Source: a virus | Taxonomy: Duplodnaviria > Caudoviricetes | Length of the DNA: 64,000 bases | Direction: 5' to 3' (one strand) | Virus record (IMG/VR): IMGVR_UViG_651703101_000001 | Location: 32,001 to 96,000 of that record | Part shown: positions 56,739-64,000 of the stretch, one piece after another | How positions within the stretch are numbered: the stretch's first letter is position 1 | Layout: every line of letters starts with the position of its first letter | Notes under the pieces: model-generated | Database searches by the model: none | Told to the model about the DNA's origin: nothing | Seen by the model: only the letters and a program-made list of their open reading frames with translations | Made by a program: the position numbers and the translations under genes

Positions 56739-56999
56739 TCATAACACGTCCAGGTCCTGGTTGGCTGGCCCTGGTGCCACTGACCCAACTGGCACATTGA
56801 ATGTATCTTTATCAACGTTGATGGTCGATGGTCCAAGTAGATTCTGTTCAATTGCCCAGTTTGCTGCTTGCTTTTGACTGTAGTATAGATCTAACAACTC
56901 TAGGGCTGCCTTTCTGACATTTTCAATATTCTGAGCCTCTTTGATTTCTCTTGCAAGTTTTTCTTTTTCAAAGAGTTGATTGATGGGTAGATCTCTCAT
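56739..56999 (-). CDS. NblA-like helix-loop-helix protein (candidate phycobilisome degradation adaptor)
   Basis: LPINQLFEKEKLAREI...VRKAALELLDLYYSQKQAANWAI resembles the NblA pattern LS(L)EQ.F...LY.Q. Confidence 0.45.
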   Translation of the reverse strand: MRDLPINQLFEKEKLAREIKEAQNIENVRKAALELLDLYYSQKQAANWAIEQNLLGPSTINVDKDTFNVPVGSVAPGPANQDLDVL

Positions 57000-57016
57000 T
57001 TTAATTTATAAATGTG

Positions 57017-57035
57017 AAAGGGAGGTTTCCCTCCC
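57017..57035 (-). terminator. terminator after rlpA
   Basis: GGGAGG-gaaa-CCTCCC-TTT on the minus strand. Confidence 0.65.
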
Positions 57036-57048
57036 GTGAATAGTTTAC

Positions 57049-57426
57049 TCAAACCTCAGAATAACACACCGGAGCGTGTCCTGATCTAATCATACCGATA
57101 CGAGCTGCAGCTTCTCTAGAAAGGTCTAGAGCTCTACCTCCAATGAATGGACCACGATCATTGATTCTTACAATGATAGATTTTCCATTGTGTCTGTTGG
57201 TGACTCTTACACGAGTACCAAACGGAAGATGTTTGTGAGCAGCAGTGAGAGAGTCTTGGTGAAATACCTCTCCATTTGCTGTTCGTCTACCATGAAATCC
57301 TGGGCCATACCAAGAGGCAGATGAACACTTCTCTTTAACCGTATGAACTGGTTTTGGTTGTTCTACCTTTGGACTAACACCAAAGACACCAAAAAGAGAT
57401 GAGGTTAGAAGTAAATTGGTTAGCAT
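57049..57426 (-). CDS. rlpA: RlpA-like DPBB lytic transglycosylase
   Basis: [43 protein letters not shown]. Confidence 0.93.
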   Translation of the reverse strand: MLTNLLLTSSLFGVFGVSPKVEQPKPVHTVKEKCSSASWYGPGFHGRRTANGEVFHQDSLTAAHKHLPFGTRVRVTNRHNGKSIIVRINDRGPFIGGRALDLSREAAARIGMIRSGHAPVCYSEV

Positions 57427-57599
57427 TAAATTTGATTGAACTCGACATCCGGCTATTCAAAGCATAGGTTCCCTGTTTGAAAGGGCAGTGACTCCGGCTC
57501 TATAGACAAAAAAGGACCAGTTGCCTGATCCTTCATTATCATAACATATTTAGTTGTCCTGTTATCCGGTAGTGTTCCAGTTGTTGAACTGGCACTGAA

Positions 57600-57779
57600 T
57601 CACTTGAGAAGCTTTTCTCTGACTAGAGAAACGACCATATCATCGATATCATTTCCGGTTGTCTTTGCATACTTCTCAAGTAGAACAATAACGAACTCTT
57701 TAACAGCTCTGTCGTTAACAAGCTTCAAAAGAACGCTTTCAGCGAGAGGTAGGAGGAATTTTAGCATAGTTTTATTCAT
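57600..57779 (-). CDS. conserved cyanophage small protein in the lysis region
   Basis: VKEFVIVLLEKYAKTTGNDIDDMVV. Confidence 0.6.
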   Translation of the reverse strand: MNKTMLKFLLPLAESVLLKLVNDRAVKEFVIVLLEKYAKTTGNDIDDMVVSLVREKLLK

Positions 57780-57805
57780 ATGGTGGCCAATCTTATTTAG
57801 TAAAT

Positions 57806-58171
57806 TTACTCTTTTACCCATGGAGCTCGAAGTCTCATTTCACCACCCAATGCAGTGGGTCCTTCTTTTACTTCAGTAAAAATAGGTTTATCTACTCCAG
57901 ATTCGGGGAGATTTAGTTCTTCGATTGCAATCGAAACATCGGCCTTCACCTTTGCATCTAAGAGTTCTGGAGTTTTAATTATCTGTGCATTAAGTTCATC
58001 TTCAATCCAAGAAGGAATAGTCACCCACCCAGTTTTTTTAAGTTTAGCAATGAAAGTGAATACCCATTCTTTATCTACATCATACTTCTTACATAGTTTG
58101 AAGAAGATTTCTAGAATGAATACGGCTATTCCTTGTCGAATAGAAGACGAACCAAATAGATTTATCTTCAT
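57806..58171 (-). CDS. hypothetical protein
   Basis: Coupled to the endolysin; ends LGGEMRLRAPW. Confidence 0.55.
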   Translation of the reverse strand: MKINLFGSSSIRQGIAVFILEIFFKLCKKYDVDKEWVFTFIAKLKKTGWVTIPSWIEDELNAQIIKTPELLDAKVKADVSIAIEELNLPESGVDKPIFTEVKEGPTALGGEMRLRAPWVKE

Positions 58172-59477
58172 CTTAGCTCTTGAAATACAGAGACAAATAC
58201 CTTTCCTACCTTTGTAAGTGGAAGCAACTTATCTCTTAGGTCAATGTTATGCATACGGATACAACCATGAGTCGGCAACAGTAATTGTTGCGGGACCCAT
58301 GCGCCCGGCCATCCTGCTCCAGTCCCCCCGCCATGAATCATGATACCAGCACGACCAATTCGACTTTCTTGACCTTCTAGATCTTCTAGATCGAAACTAT
58401 ACCACCCATAGGCACGACGGTCGGAGCTGAATTTGTTAGAGGGATCGATCTCATAATCTTTATAGATCGCACCGATCTTATAGATTCCAGGTGGTGTATC
58501 TGTTCTAGTTTCTCTCCATTCAAAATCGCTTCCTTGGCCTCGGCCGAGGGCAGGAACACTCCATAGACGATTTCCTTTTCCGTCAAAGGCTGTAATATTT
58601 TCTGTGCGATCATTCATCACAAGATGAAAGTCTTTTTCTGTGAATCCTACTTGTGCTGGTGTTTTCTTGGGACCTACCATTCCCGGAATGGTAATCAAAG
58701 TAGAACCAGGAAGACTTGCAGGTGTTTGATCGGTTGAAGGAATTGATGGTTTGGGAGGATTGATGGATAAAAGTGGTCGAATGTCGGATATTTTCTGAAT
58801 CTTTTTGGTTGCAAGCTCACATGCAACTTTTGCAGACTCACCATTCCAAACTAGACCTTCAGCATATCTTCTGCGTGCCAATCCCAACTCTACGTTTGAT
58901 CCTGGATTGCGATATAACATTAGAGCTGAGGGGACATAGTTCCATCTTTTTCTTTTAGAACAGTAGTAATAGTGGAGAATCCATTTGCTGCGTAGAAACC
59001 TTCTCCTAGATTATAGGAGAAACTAATCAGAGCAGCACGTTGTCTATCTGTCATTTCATTCCAATGTGGAATGGTTCTTGCGAGTGTAGGAATGACACGA
59101 TCTACTGTATATTTGATGAATAGAGATTCTGCTCTCTCTTGAGTAATCTTATCTCCCTGTTTTACCGGACTTCCATCCTCATAACGTGTTGTGCCCCACC
59201 CAATAGTCCATGGAACGCCACCACTTAGAGGATCTGGATATGCAGTTAGATTACAACCTTCATAAAACTTTTTGATGTAGATTGCATCTTCTGGAACATT
59301 GTTGTTCTTTTTCGGGCTGAATGCAGCGGCCCATTCTGAATCTTCATTCAGAATTTCTTCTGGTTTATCACCTCTATCAATTTGTTTGTAGAGTGTCCAA
59401 ATACCAGTAGATTGTTGTGGTTCTTTCTTATAAGCATTCCATCGAGCTTGGAATCTTTCGGGGGTCATTTTGGTCAT
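58168..59477 (-). CDS. endolysin: GH24 lysozyme fused to a YkuD-like L,D-transpeptidase domain (one-base frameshift at 58947-58951)
   Basis: YEGCNLTAYPDPLSGGVPWTIGWGTT, ALISFSYNLG; continues LYRNPGSNVELGLARRRYAEG; C-terminal IMIHGGG...THGCIRM. Confidence 0.85.
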
Positions 59478-59500
59478 AATATTACCTATAGAACTTTTCT

Positions 59501-59848
59501 CTATTTATCCCCGATCATTCTCAAGAATTCATCTAGACTCATAATCACTAGGGGTTCTTTCCTACTTTGTTTAGTGATTAGGAGTGGAATATGTTTACCT
59601 GCATTTGCTTTTGCTTGTTCCCACCATGCCCTTAGACTAACTTTCTCTTGAGCCTTGGCTTCGATTGCATAAGGAATTAATTTTCTTGCTGCAGGGGAAA
59701 GTTTGATATCCTCACCGGACTCTCCCATAATTGCAGTTTTGATATCATCTTCTTCCAGAATAGGGAAAATTTCTAAGAGTTTGTCTCTAATCTCTTTCTG
59801 GAACTTTGCTCCTTTACTCTTTCTACTTCTTGGGGTATTTGCTGTCAT
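59501..59848 (-). CDS. Holliday junction resolvase-like PD-(D/E)XK nuclease
   Basis: SRKSKGAKFQ, MGESGEDI, IEAKAQE, QAKAN. Confidence 0.75.
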   Translation of the reverse strand: MTANTPRSRKSKGAKFQKEIRDKLLEIFPILEEDDIKTAIMGESGEDIKLSPAARKLIPYAIEAKAQEKVSLRAWWEQAKANAGKHIPLLITKQSRKEPLVIMSLDEFLRMIGDK

Positions 59849-59872
59849 AACAATATGAATTCATACTGTTAT

Positions 59873-60049
59873 TTATTTCATAATTTTGTAAAGCATTTTC
59901 TTTAAATGCTTACTCATTGTTCTGATAGGATAGTAAGAAACACCACGATACACATGAGGAATCATGGAAACTTTGCGCTTCCAATCCAGAAACTCTTTTT
60001 TGTGAGTTTCTGAATCGTATTCGATTCCTCGGTATCGTGGTTTGTTCAT
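59873..60049 (-). CDS. small YRG-motif protein (DUF4278-like, 58 aa, not in the ORF track)
   Basis: MNKPRYRGIEY...HVYRGVSY; ATGA overlap with the nrdB stop. Confidence 0.55.
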   Translation of the reverse strand: MNKPRYRGIEYDSETHKKEFLDWKRKVSMIPHVYRGVSYYPIRTMSKHLKKMLYKIMK

Positions 60050-61191
60050 AGTTTGAAACCAGAAAATGAATTCTTTTTAATGTCTTGATTAATTCCACCG
60101 ACAATATAAGACTCAATCTCTGTTTCCTGTGGTGCATTTTGAACACCTTTGGACTTTAACCAGTGATCCATCCATGGGAGAGGATTACTATTCGCAGGAA
60201 TTTCATAAATTGGTTTGATTCCAATTGCTTTCATACGACGATTAGCAATCCATTCAACGTAGTTGCACAGAAGTTTTTCAGATAGACCGATCATAGATCC
60301 AGTTTTGAACAAATATTGGGCCCATGCTTTTTCCTGATCGACTGCCGCCTCGAACAATGAAGTAGTGTGATCTATTTCTTCATTGTATATCTTCTTCATT
60401 TCTGGATCATCATTGTTTCTCCAGTTGTTGATAATATTTTGAGTTAGGAATAGGTGTTGATTTTCGTCCCTCGCAATCAAAGAAATAATCTTGGCAGAAC
60501 CCTCCATTACTTTTAGTTCACCGAAAGCAAAAGAGCAAGCGAAAGAAACATAGAAACGAATACCTTCCAGAATATTAACAGTCATGACTGCACGGAAAAG
60601 TTTTCTCTTTAGTTCATATCTTTCTGCTTGACTAGCAGGAACACCTTCTTTTGCAAACTTCCATCCGTTTCCGTTGTCATAATGATGTGCTGCATTAATG
60701 AAAGAATCATAAGATTCGGTAACACTTTTCGCTCTTTCCATAATCTTTGAGTCGGAAAGAATTGTGCTGAATACTTCTTCTGGTTGAGGGTATAGATTCT
60801 TAATGATGTGAGTATAGGAACGTGAGTGAATCATTTCCATGAATCCCCACACTTCCATACAAGATTCTAACTCAGGTAGAGAACAATAGGGAAGAAAGGC
60901 AAGTGATGGTCCTCTACCTTGAACACTGTCCAACATCACCTGATACTTTAGATTAGATGTAAAGATGTGTTTTTGTTCTGGGCGGAGATTTTGATAATCT
61001 GATCTATCTTTTTGAAGAGATACCTCTTCTGGACGCCAGAAGAAACCTAGTTGAGTTTGTGTAAGTTTTTCAAAGAGAGGGTATTTATAGTCTAGGTATT
61101 GCTGAATACCTAGAGGTTGACCAAAGAACATTGGTTGTTGTTTTAGATCAACTGTCTGATCGTTGAATACTGTCATTCCTTCAATTGTCAT
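60046..61191 (-). CDS. nrdB: ribonucleotide reductase class Ia beta subunit
   Basis: FFWRPEEV, LDSVQGR, EMIHSRSY, LEGIRFYVSFACSFAF, ARDENQH, APQETE. Confidence 0.97.
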   Translation of the reverse strand: MTIEGMTVFNDQTVDLKQQPMFFGQPLGIQQYLDYKYPLFEKLTQTQLGFFWRPEEVSLQKDRSDYQNLRPEQKHIFTSNLKYQVMLDSVQGRGPSLAFLPYCSLPELESCMEVWGFMEMIHSRSYTHIIKNLYPQPEEVFSTILSDSKIMERAKSVTESYDSFINAAHHYDNGNGWKFAKEGVPASQAERYELKRKLFRAVMTVNILEGIRFYVSFACSFAFGELKVMEGSAKIISLIARDENQHLFLTQNIINNWRNNDDPEMKKIYNEEIDHTTSLFEAAVDQEKAWAQYLFKTGSMIGLSEKLLCNYVEWIANRRMKAIGIKPIYEIPANSNPLPWMDHWLKSKGVQNAPQETEIESYIVGGINQDIKKNSFSGFKL

Positions 61192-61336
61192 CTTTGTTTT
61201 GTTCTATTTCGTAGGTAAAGTCATCACATCTATCTTTATTTGCGTCTACATTTCGTCTAACACCAATGTCTTTAAGACAATACTGAAATCCACCACATCT
61301 TTTTTCTAGGTGTTTACAGTCCCAACAATCGTTCAT
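61181..61336 (-). CDS. small Cys-rich protein (51 aa, not in the ORF track)
   Basis: MNDCWDCKHLEKRCGGFQYC...RCDDF; ATGA overlap with the upstream ORF. Confidence 0.55.
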   Translation of the reverse strand: MNDCWDCKHLEKRCGGFQYCLKDIGVRRNVDANKDRCDDFTYEIEQNKDDN

Positions 61337-61728
61337 CTGACCTCTATAGTTCTTGTTTCGTAATAAATTATTTTACCGTGTTTGAATAGTGCAGAGGCCT
61401 CCGGCCAGAGATCCAGCTCTAGACTTTTCTCCGGATAAAGAATCACAAAACCCGTATGATAGACGGGCGTGAGTTTTTTATTTTTACCGGTAGGGACCCA
61501 CTCAAAAGGTAAACCCCTATAGGTTGGTTTTGTACCGTTTCTCATAACAATACGTGGCTTGTCAACCATTTTCATTGAGTTCGCCCAGTCAAATTTGAAT
61601 AACTCCCCGGCCGGAGAGATCCAAAAGCTTGACAATCCACATTCTAAACTTTTAGTTTGAAGAGCAACCCCAATGAAATCTTCTCCTAGTGGTTTATAGT
61701 GGCAATAAACTGTATCAAATAGTCCCAT
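61333..61728 (-). CDS. conserved phage hypothetical protein
   Basis: MGLFDTV...QTKSLEC...F.HGKI pattern. Confidence 0.65.
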   Translation of the reverse strand: MGLFDTVYCHYKPLGEDFIGVALQTKSLECGLSSFWISPAGELFKFDWANSMKMVDKPRIVMRNGTKPTYRGLPFEWVPTGKNKKLTPVYHTGFVILYPEKSLELDLWPEASALFKHGKIIYYETRTIEVR

Positions 61729-61737
61729 AATAAGTTC

Positions 61738-64000
61738 TCAAATAGCACAAGAATCACAAGTTTCGTCACACTCCAATAGGGCAAGTACGTCCTCGTCGAG
61801 AACTTTATTTTCTACTAGAGTTTCTTCTTCTCCCTTACTATCGTAAGTATTGTGATAATAGAGAGTTTTGATTCCTAGTTTGTAAGCTTGGAGCAAATCC
61901 ATAATCAAAATAGAAGCAGGAACTTCGTTGTTCGGATAGTTCTTTGGATTATATGACGTATTGGCTGAGATGGATTGATCCATAAACTTTTGCATAACAG
62001 CAACAATGTTTAGATATCCTTCCATACTTTCCATATCCCATAGAAGGGTATAGTCATTTTTCAAGGTTCCATAACTAGGAACGATCTGTTTCAGTGTTCC
62101 TTTCTTAGACTTCTTCACAGAAAGATAATCTCTAGGTGGCTCAATACCATTGGTGGTATTACACACGACCGAAGATGATTCAGATGGCATCTGTGCAGAC
62201 AGAGTAGAATTTCGTAGACCGAATACCTTAATCTTCTCACGTAGAACTTCCCAGTCTAGTTTGTAGTTAGGAGGACAGATACCATCCACATCTTTCTTGT
62301 AGTGATCGATAGGAAGTAGACCATCAGAATATTTAGTCTCGTTGAACTTAGAACAAGCTCCCTTCTCTTTGGCCAAGTTATTAGAAGCTTCCAGTAGATA
62401 GTATTGTAGAGCCTCTGTCAGTTCGTGCATGTAGACCAACGCCTGTTTGTCTCCATACTTGACTTTCTTTTTAGCTAAATACTGTGCAACACCGATAAAA
62501 CCAACACCCAAAGAACGACGAGACTTGGTTGATATCTCTGCCGCGACAAGAGGATATTCTTGATAGTCAATTAGTTCATCCAGTGCACGAACGGCAAGAT
62601 CACACAGATGTTGCATGTCATGAAGATGACGAATCTTACCGACATTGATTGCCGCGAGAATACATAGAGCAATCTCCCCATAAATATCGTGAATATCAAA
62701 CAAAGGTCTCGTCGGAAGTGTAATTTCCTGACACAGGTTTGACATAAACACCGACACCAAGAAAGAAGAGTGGGTATTGCAGTGATCCATATTCATGATA
62801 TAGATTCTACCAGTCTCTGCCCTTTCTTTGATGAGTTCCATGAACAACTGACGAGCAGGAATTCTTACTTGAGGAATATCGGAATTGGCTTCATATTCTC
62901 GGTAGAGCTCATCAAACTCTTCGGTCGCAAACGCGTCATATAGACCAGGGACATCATTCGGGGAGAATAATGTAATGTAAGAATCGTCAATAAATCTCTG
63001 ATAGAACAGGGAACTCAACTGAATGGAGTAGTCGAGTTTACGAACCCGGTTATCTTCTGTACCTTTGTTGTTCTTCAGTACCAGAATGTCTTGGATTTCT
63101 TTGTGCCAGATCGGGAAGTGCGCCGTCGCTCCACCACCACGAAGACCATTTTGAGTGGTACACTTCGCGGCAGTCTCAAAGTGTTTGAGGTAAGGAATGA
63201 CCCCTGTGTGGGAGATTTCACCATTACGGACCTTATCACCCAACGCACGAATTCGGCCGGGGTTGAGACCGATACCGGCCCTCTGAGAGGTGTATAGACC
63301 GACTGCAGTCGCAGAGGTGAAGATACTTCTCAGGTCATCATCGGTTTCGATGAGAACACAAGAGGCATACTGTCTTGTCTTGGTTCTAACACCTGCAATA
63401 TTAGGCGTTGGAAGATTCAGATAATGTTTTGAAATCGCGTCGTAGTATGCCTTGACATAGTTGAGTCTGGTTGCCTTGGGATACTTATGGAATGTAGTCG
63501 CAGCGTTAAGCATATAACAGAACTGTGGTGTTTCATACACCTTTCCAGTTGAACGATCCTGAACAAGATATTTATCATACACCTGACGCATAGCAGCATA
63601 AGTGAAAAGGAAATCTCTGTCATGATCAATGTAATTGTTGAGGATTTCAAACTCTTCATCGGTATAGTAAGTCAGGATTGCTGGATCATAAACATTATTA
63701 TCGATACCGTAGGCGATCTGATCTTGCAGGGACCAAGAATCCCACATCTTGTGATAGATGGACTTACGAAGTGAGAACAAAAGAAGTCTCGCTGCGGCAT
63801 ACTGATAGTTAGGATTCTCTAGGGATATCAAATCCGCCGCGGAACGAATTAGAGTTGCCTGAATATCTTCAGTAGTAATACCGTCATAGAATTGAAGTTG
63901 GGATTGAATCTCAATCTGAGACGGTGAAACTCTAGATAGACCGTCGCATGCTGCCTCGACCATTGTATGAATCTTGTCTAGATCTAGAGGTTCAGTTCCT
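61738..64000 (-). CDS. nrdA: ribonucleotide reductase class Ia alpha subunit (start lies beyond the window)
   Basis: ATP-cone segment, YETPQ, ASCVLI, SNLCQEI, MPSESSS, C-terminal CDSCAI. Confidence 0.97.
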   Translation of the reverse strand, partial: GTEPLDLDKIHTMVEAACDGLSRVSPSQIEIQSQLQFYDGITTEDIQATLIRSAADLISLENPNYQYAAARLLLFSLRKSIYHKMWDSWSLQDQIAYGIDNNVYDPAILTYYTDEEFEILNNYIDHDRDFLFTYAAMRQVYDKYLVQDRSTGKVYETPQFCYMLNAATTFHKYPKATRLNYVKAYYDAISKHYLNLPTPNIAGVRTKTRQYASCVLIETDDDLRSIFTSATAVGLYTSQRAGIGLNPGRIRALGDKVRNGEISHTGVIPYLKHFETAAKCTTQNGLRGGGATAHFPIWHKEIQDILVLKNNKGTEDNRVRKLDYSIQLSSLFYQRFIDDSYITLFSPNDVPGLYDAFATEEFDELYREYEANSDIPQVRIPARQLFMELIKERAETGRIYIMNMDHCNTHSSFLVSVFMSNLCQEITLPTRPLFDIHDIYGEIALCILAAINVGKIRHLHDMQHLCDLAVRALDELIDYQEYPLVAAEISTKSRRSLGVGFIGVAQYLAKKKVKYGDKQALVYMHELTEALQYYLLEASNNLAKEKGACSKFNETKYSDGLLPIDHYKKDVDGICPPNYKLDWEVLREKIKVFGLRNSTLSAQMPSESSSVVCNTTNGIEPPRDYLSVKKSKKGTLKQIVPSYGTLKNDYTLLWDMESMEGYLNIVAVMQKFMDQSISANTSYNPKNYPNNEVPASILIMDLLQAYKLGIKTLYYHNTYDSKGEEETLVENKVLDEDVLALLECDETCDSCAI

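Noticed and set aside
37123-59477. Stop-codon reassignment as the cause of the split genes
   Set aside because: The breaks are frame changes, not in-frame stops; TAA, TAG and TGA all end conserved genes, and no suppressor tRNA is present in the window
59910-60146. 78-aa minus-strand ORF overlapping the nrdB 3' end
   Set aside because: A better coupled ORF with YRG motifs (59873-60049) occupies the gap in another frame
1-64000. CRISPR array or Cas operon accompanying the Cas9-like HNH protein or the Cas4-like exonuclease
   Set aside because: No regularly spaced repeat-spacer array was seen in any intergenic region. The PD-(D/E)XK exonuclease is a core T4-like cyanophage gene next to phoH and gp33.
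6371-64000. Introns or inteins in gp17, gp20, psbA, nrdA or nrdB
   Set aside because: All are of ordinary length with continuous conserved motifs

Overview
A 64 kb segment of a T4-like cyanophage (cyanomyovirus). The host is most likely a Synechococcus/Cyanobium-type picocyanobacterium, inferred from psbA, hli and a permuted tmRNA. The first 28 kb (+ strand) hold the head/neck/tail module (gp13-gp23, gp3), uvsY, uvsW, gp55, gp47 and gp46. From 28 to 40 kb is the baseplate module: PAAR, a split gp5, a hub protein, a tape-measure-like protein with lysozyme, gp51, gp26, gp4, gp54, gp48 and gp53. From 40 to 64 kb (- strand) are gp32, gp59, gp33, an exonuclease, phoH, thyX, rnh, a glutaredoxin, hli, a GT2-methyltransferase fusion, psbA, an ATP-grasp protein, nusG, a two-piece tmRNA, two tRNAs, rlpA, an endolysin, a resolvase, nrdB and nrdA (5' truncated). 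TAAATA late promoters precede most late genes. The most notable observations are: (1) a 692-aa late protein with a Cas9-type HNH motif; (2) a host-like metzincin protease inserted between gp21 and gp22; (3) putative capsid-internal polyproteins; (4) a circularly permuted tmRNA whose tag ends in AAL; (5) two small ORFs missed by the ORF track, one Acb2/Tad1-like and one resembling the portal clip; (6) an NblA-like gene; (7) structured non-coding regions upstream of gp55 and rlpA; (8) a repeated dyad/29-bp/-10 promoter architecture. Five single-A frameshifts in four genes are probably homopolymer sequencing errors. All assignments come from motif recognition by eye; no database searches were run.
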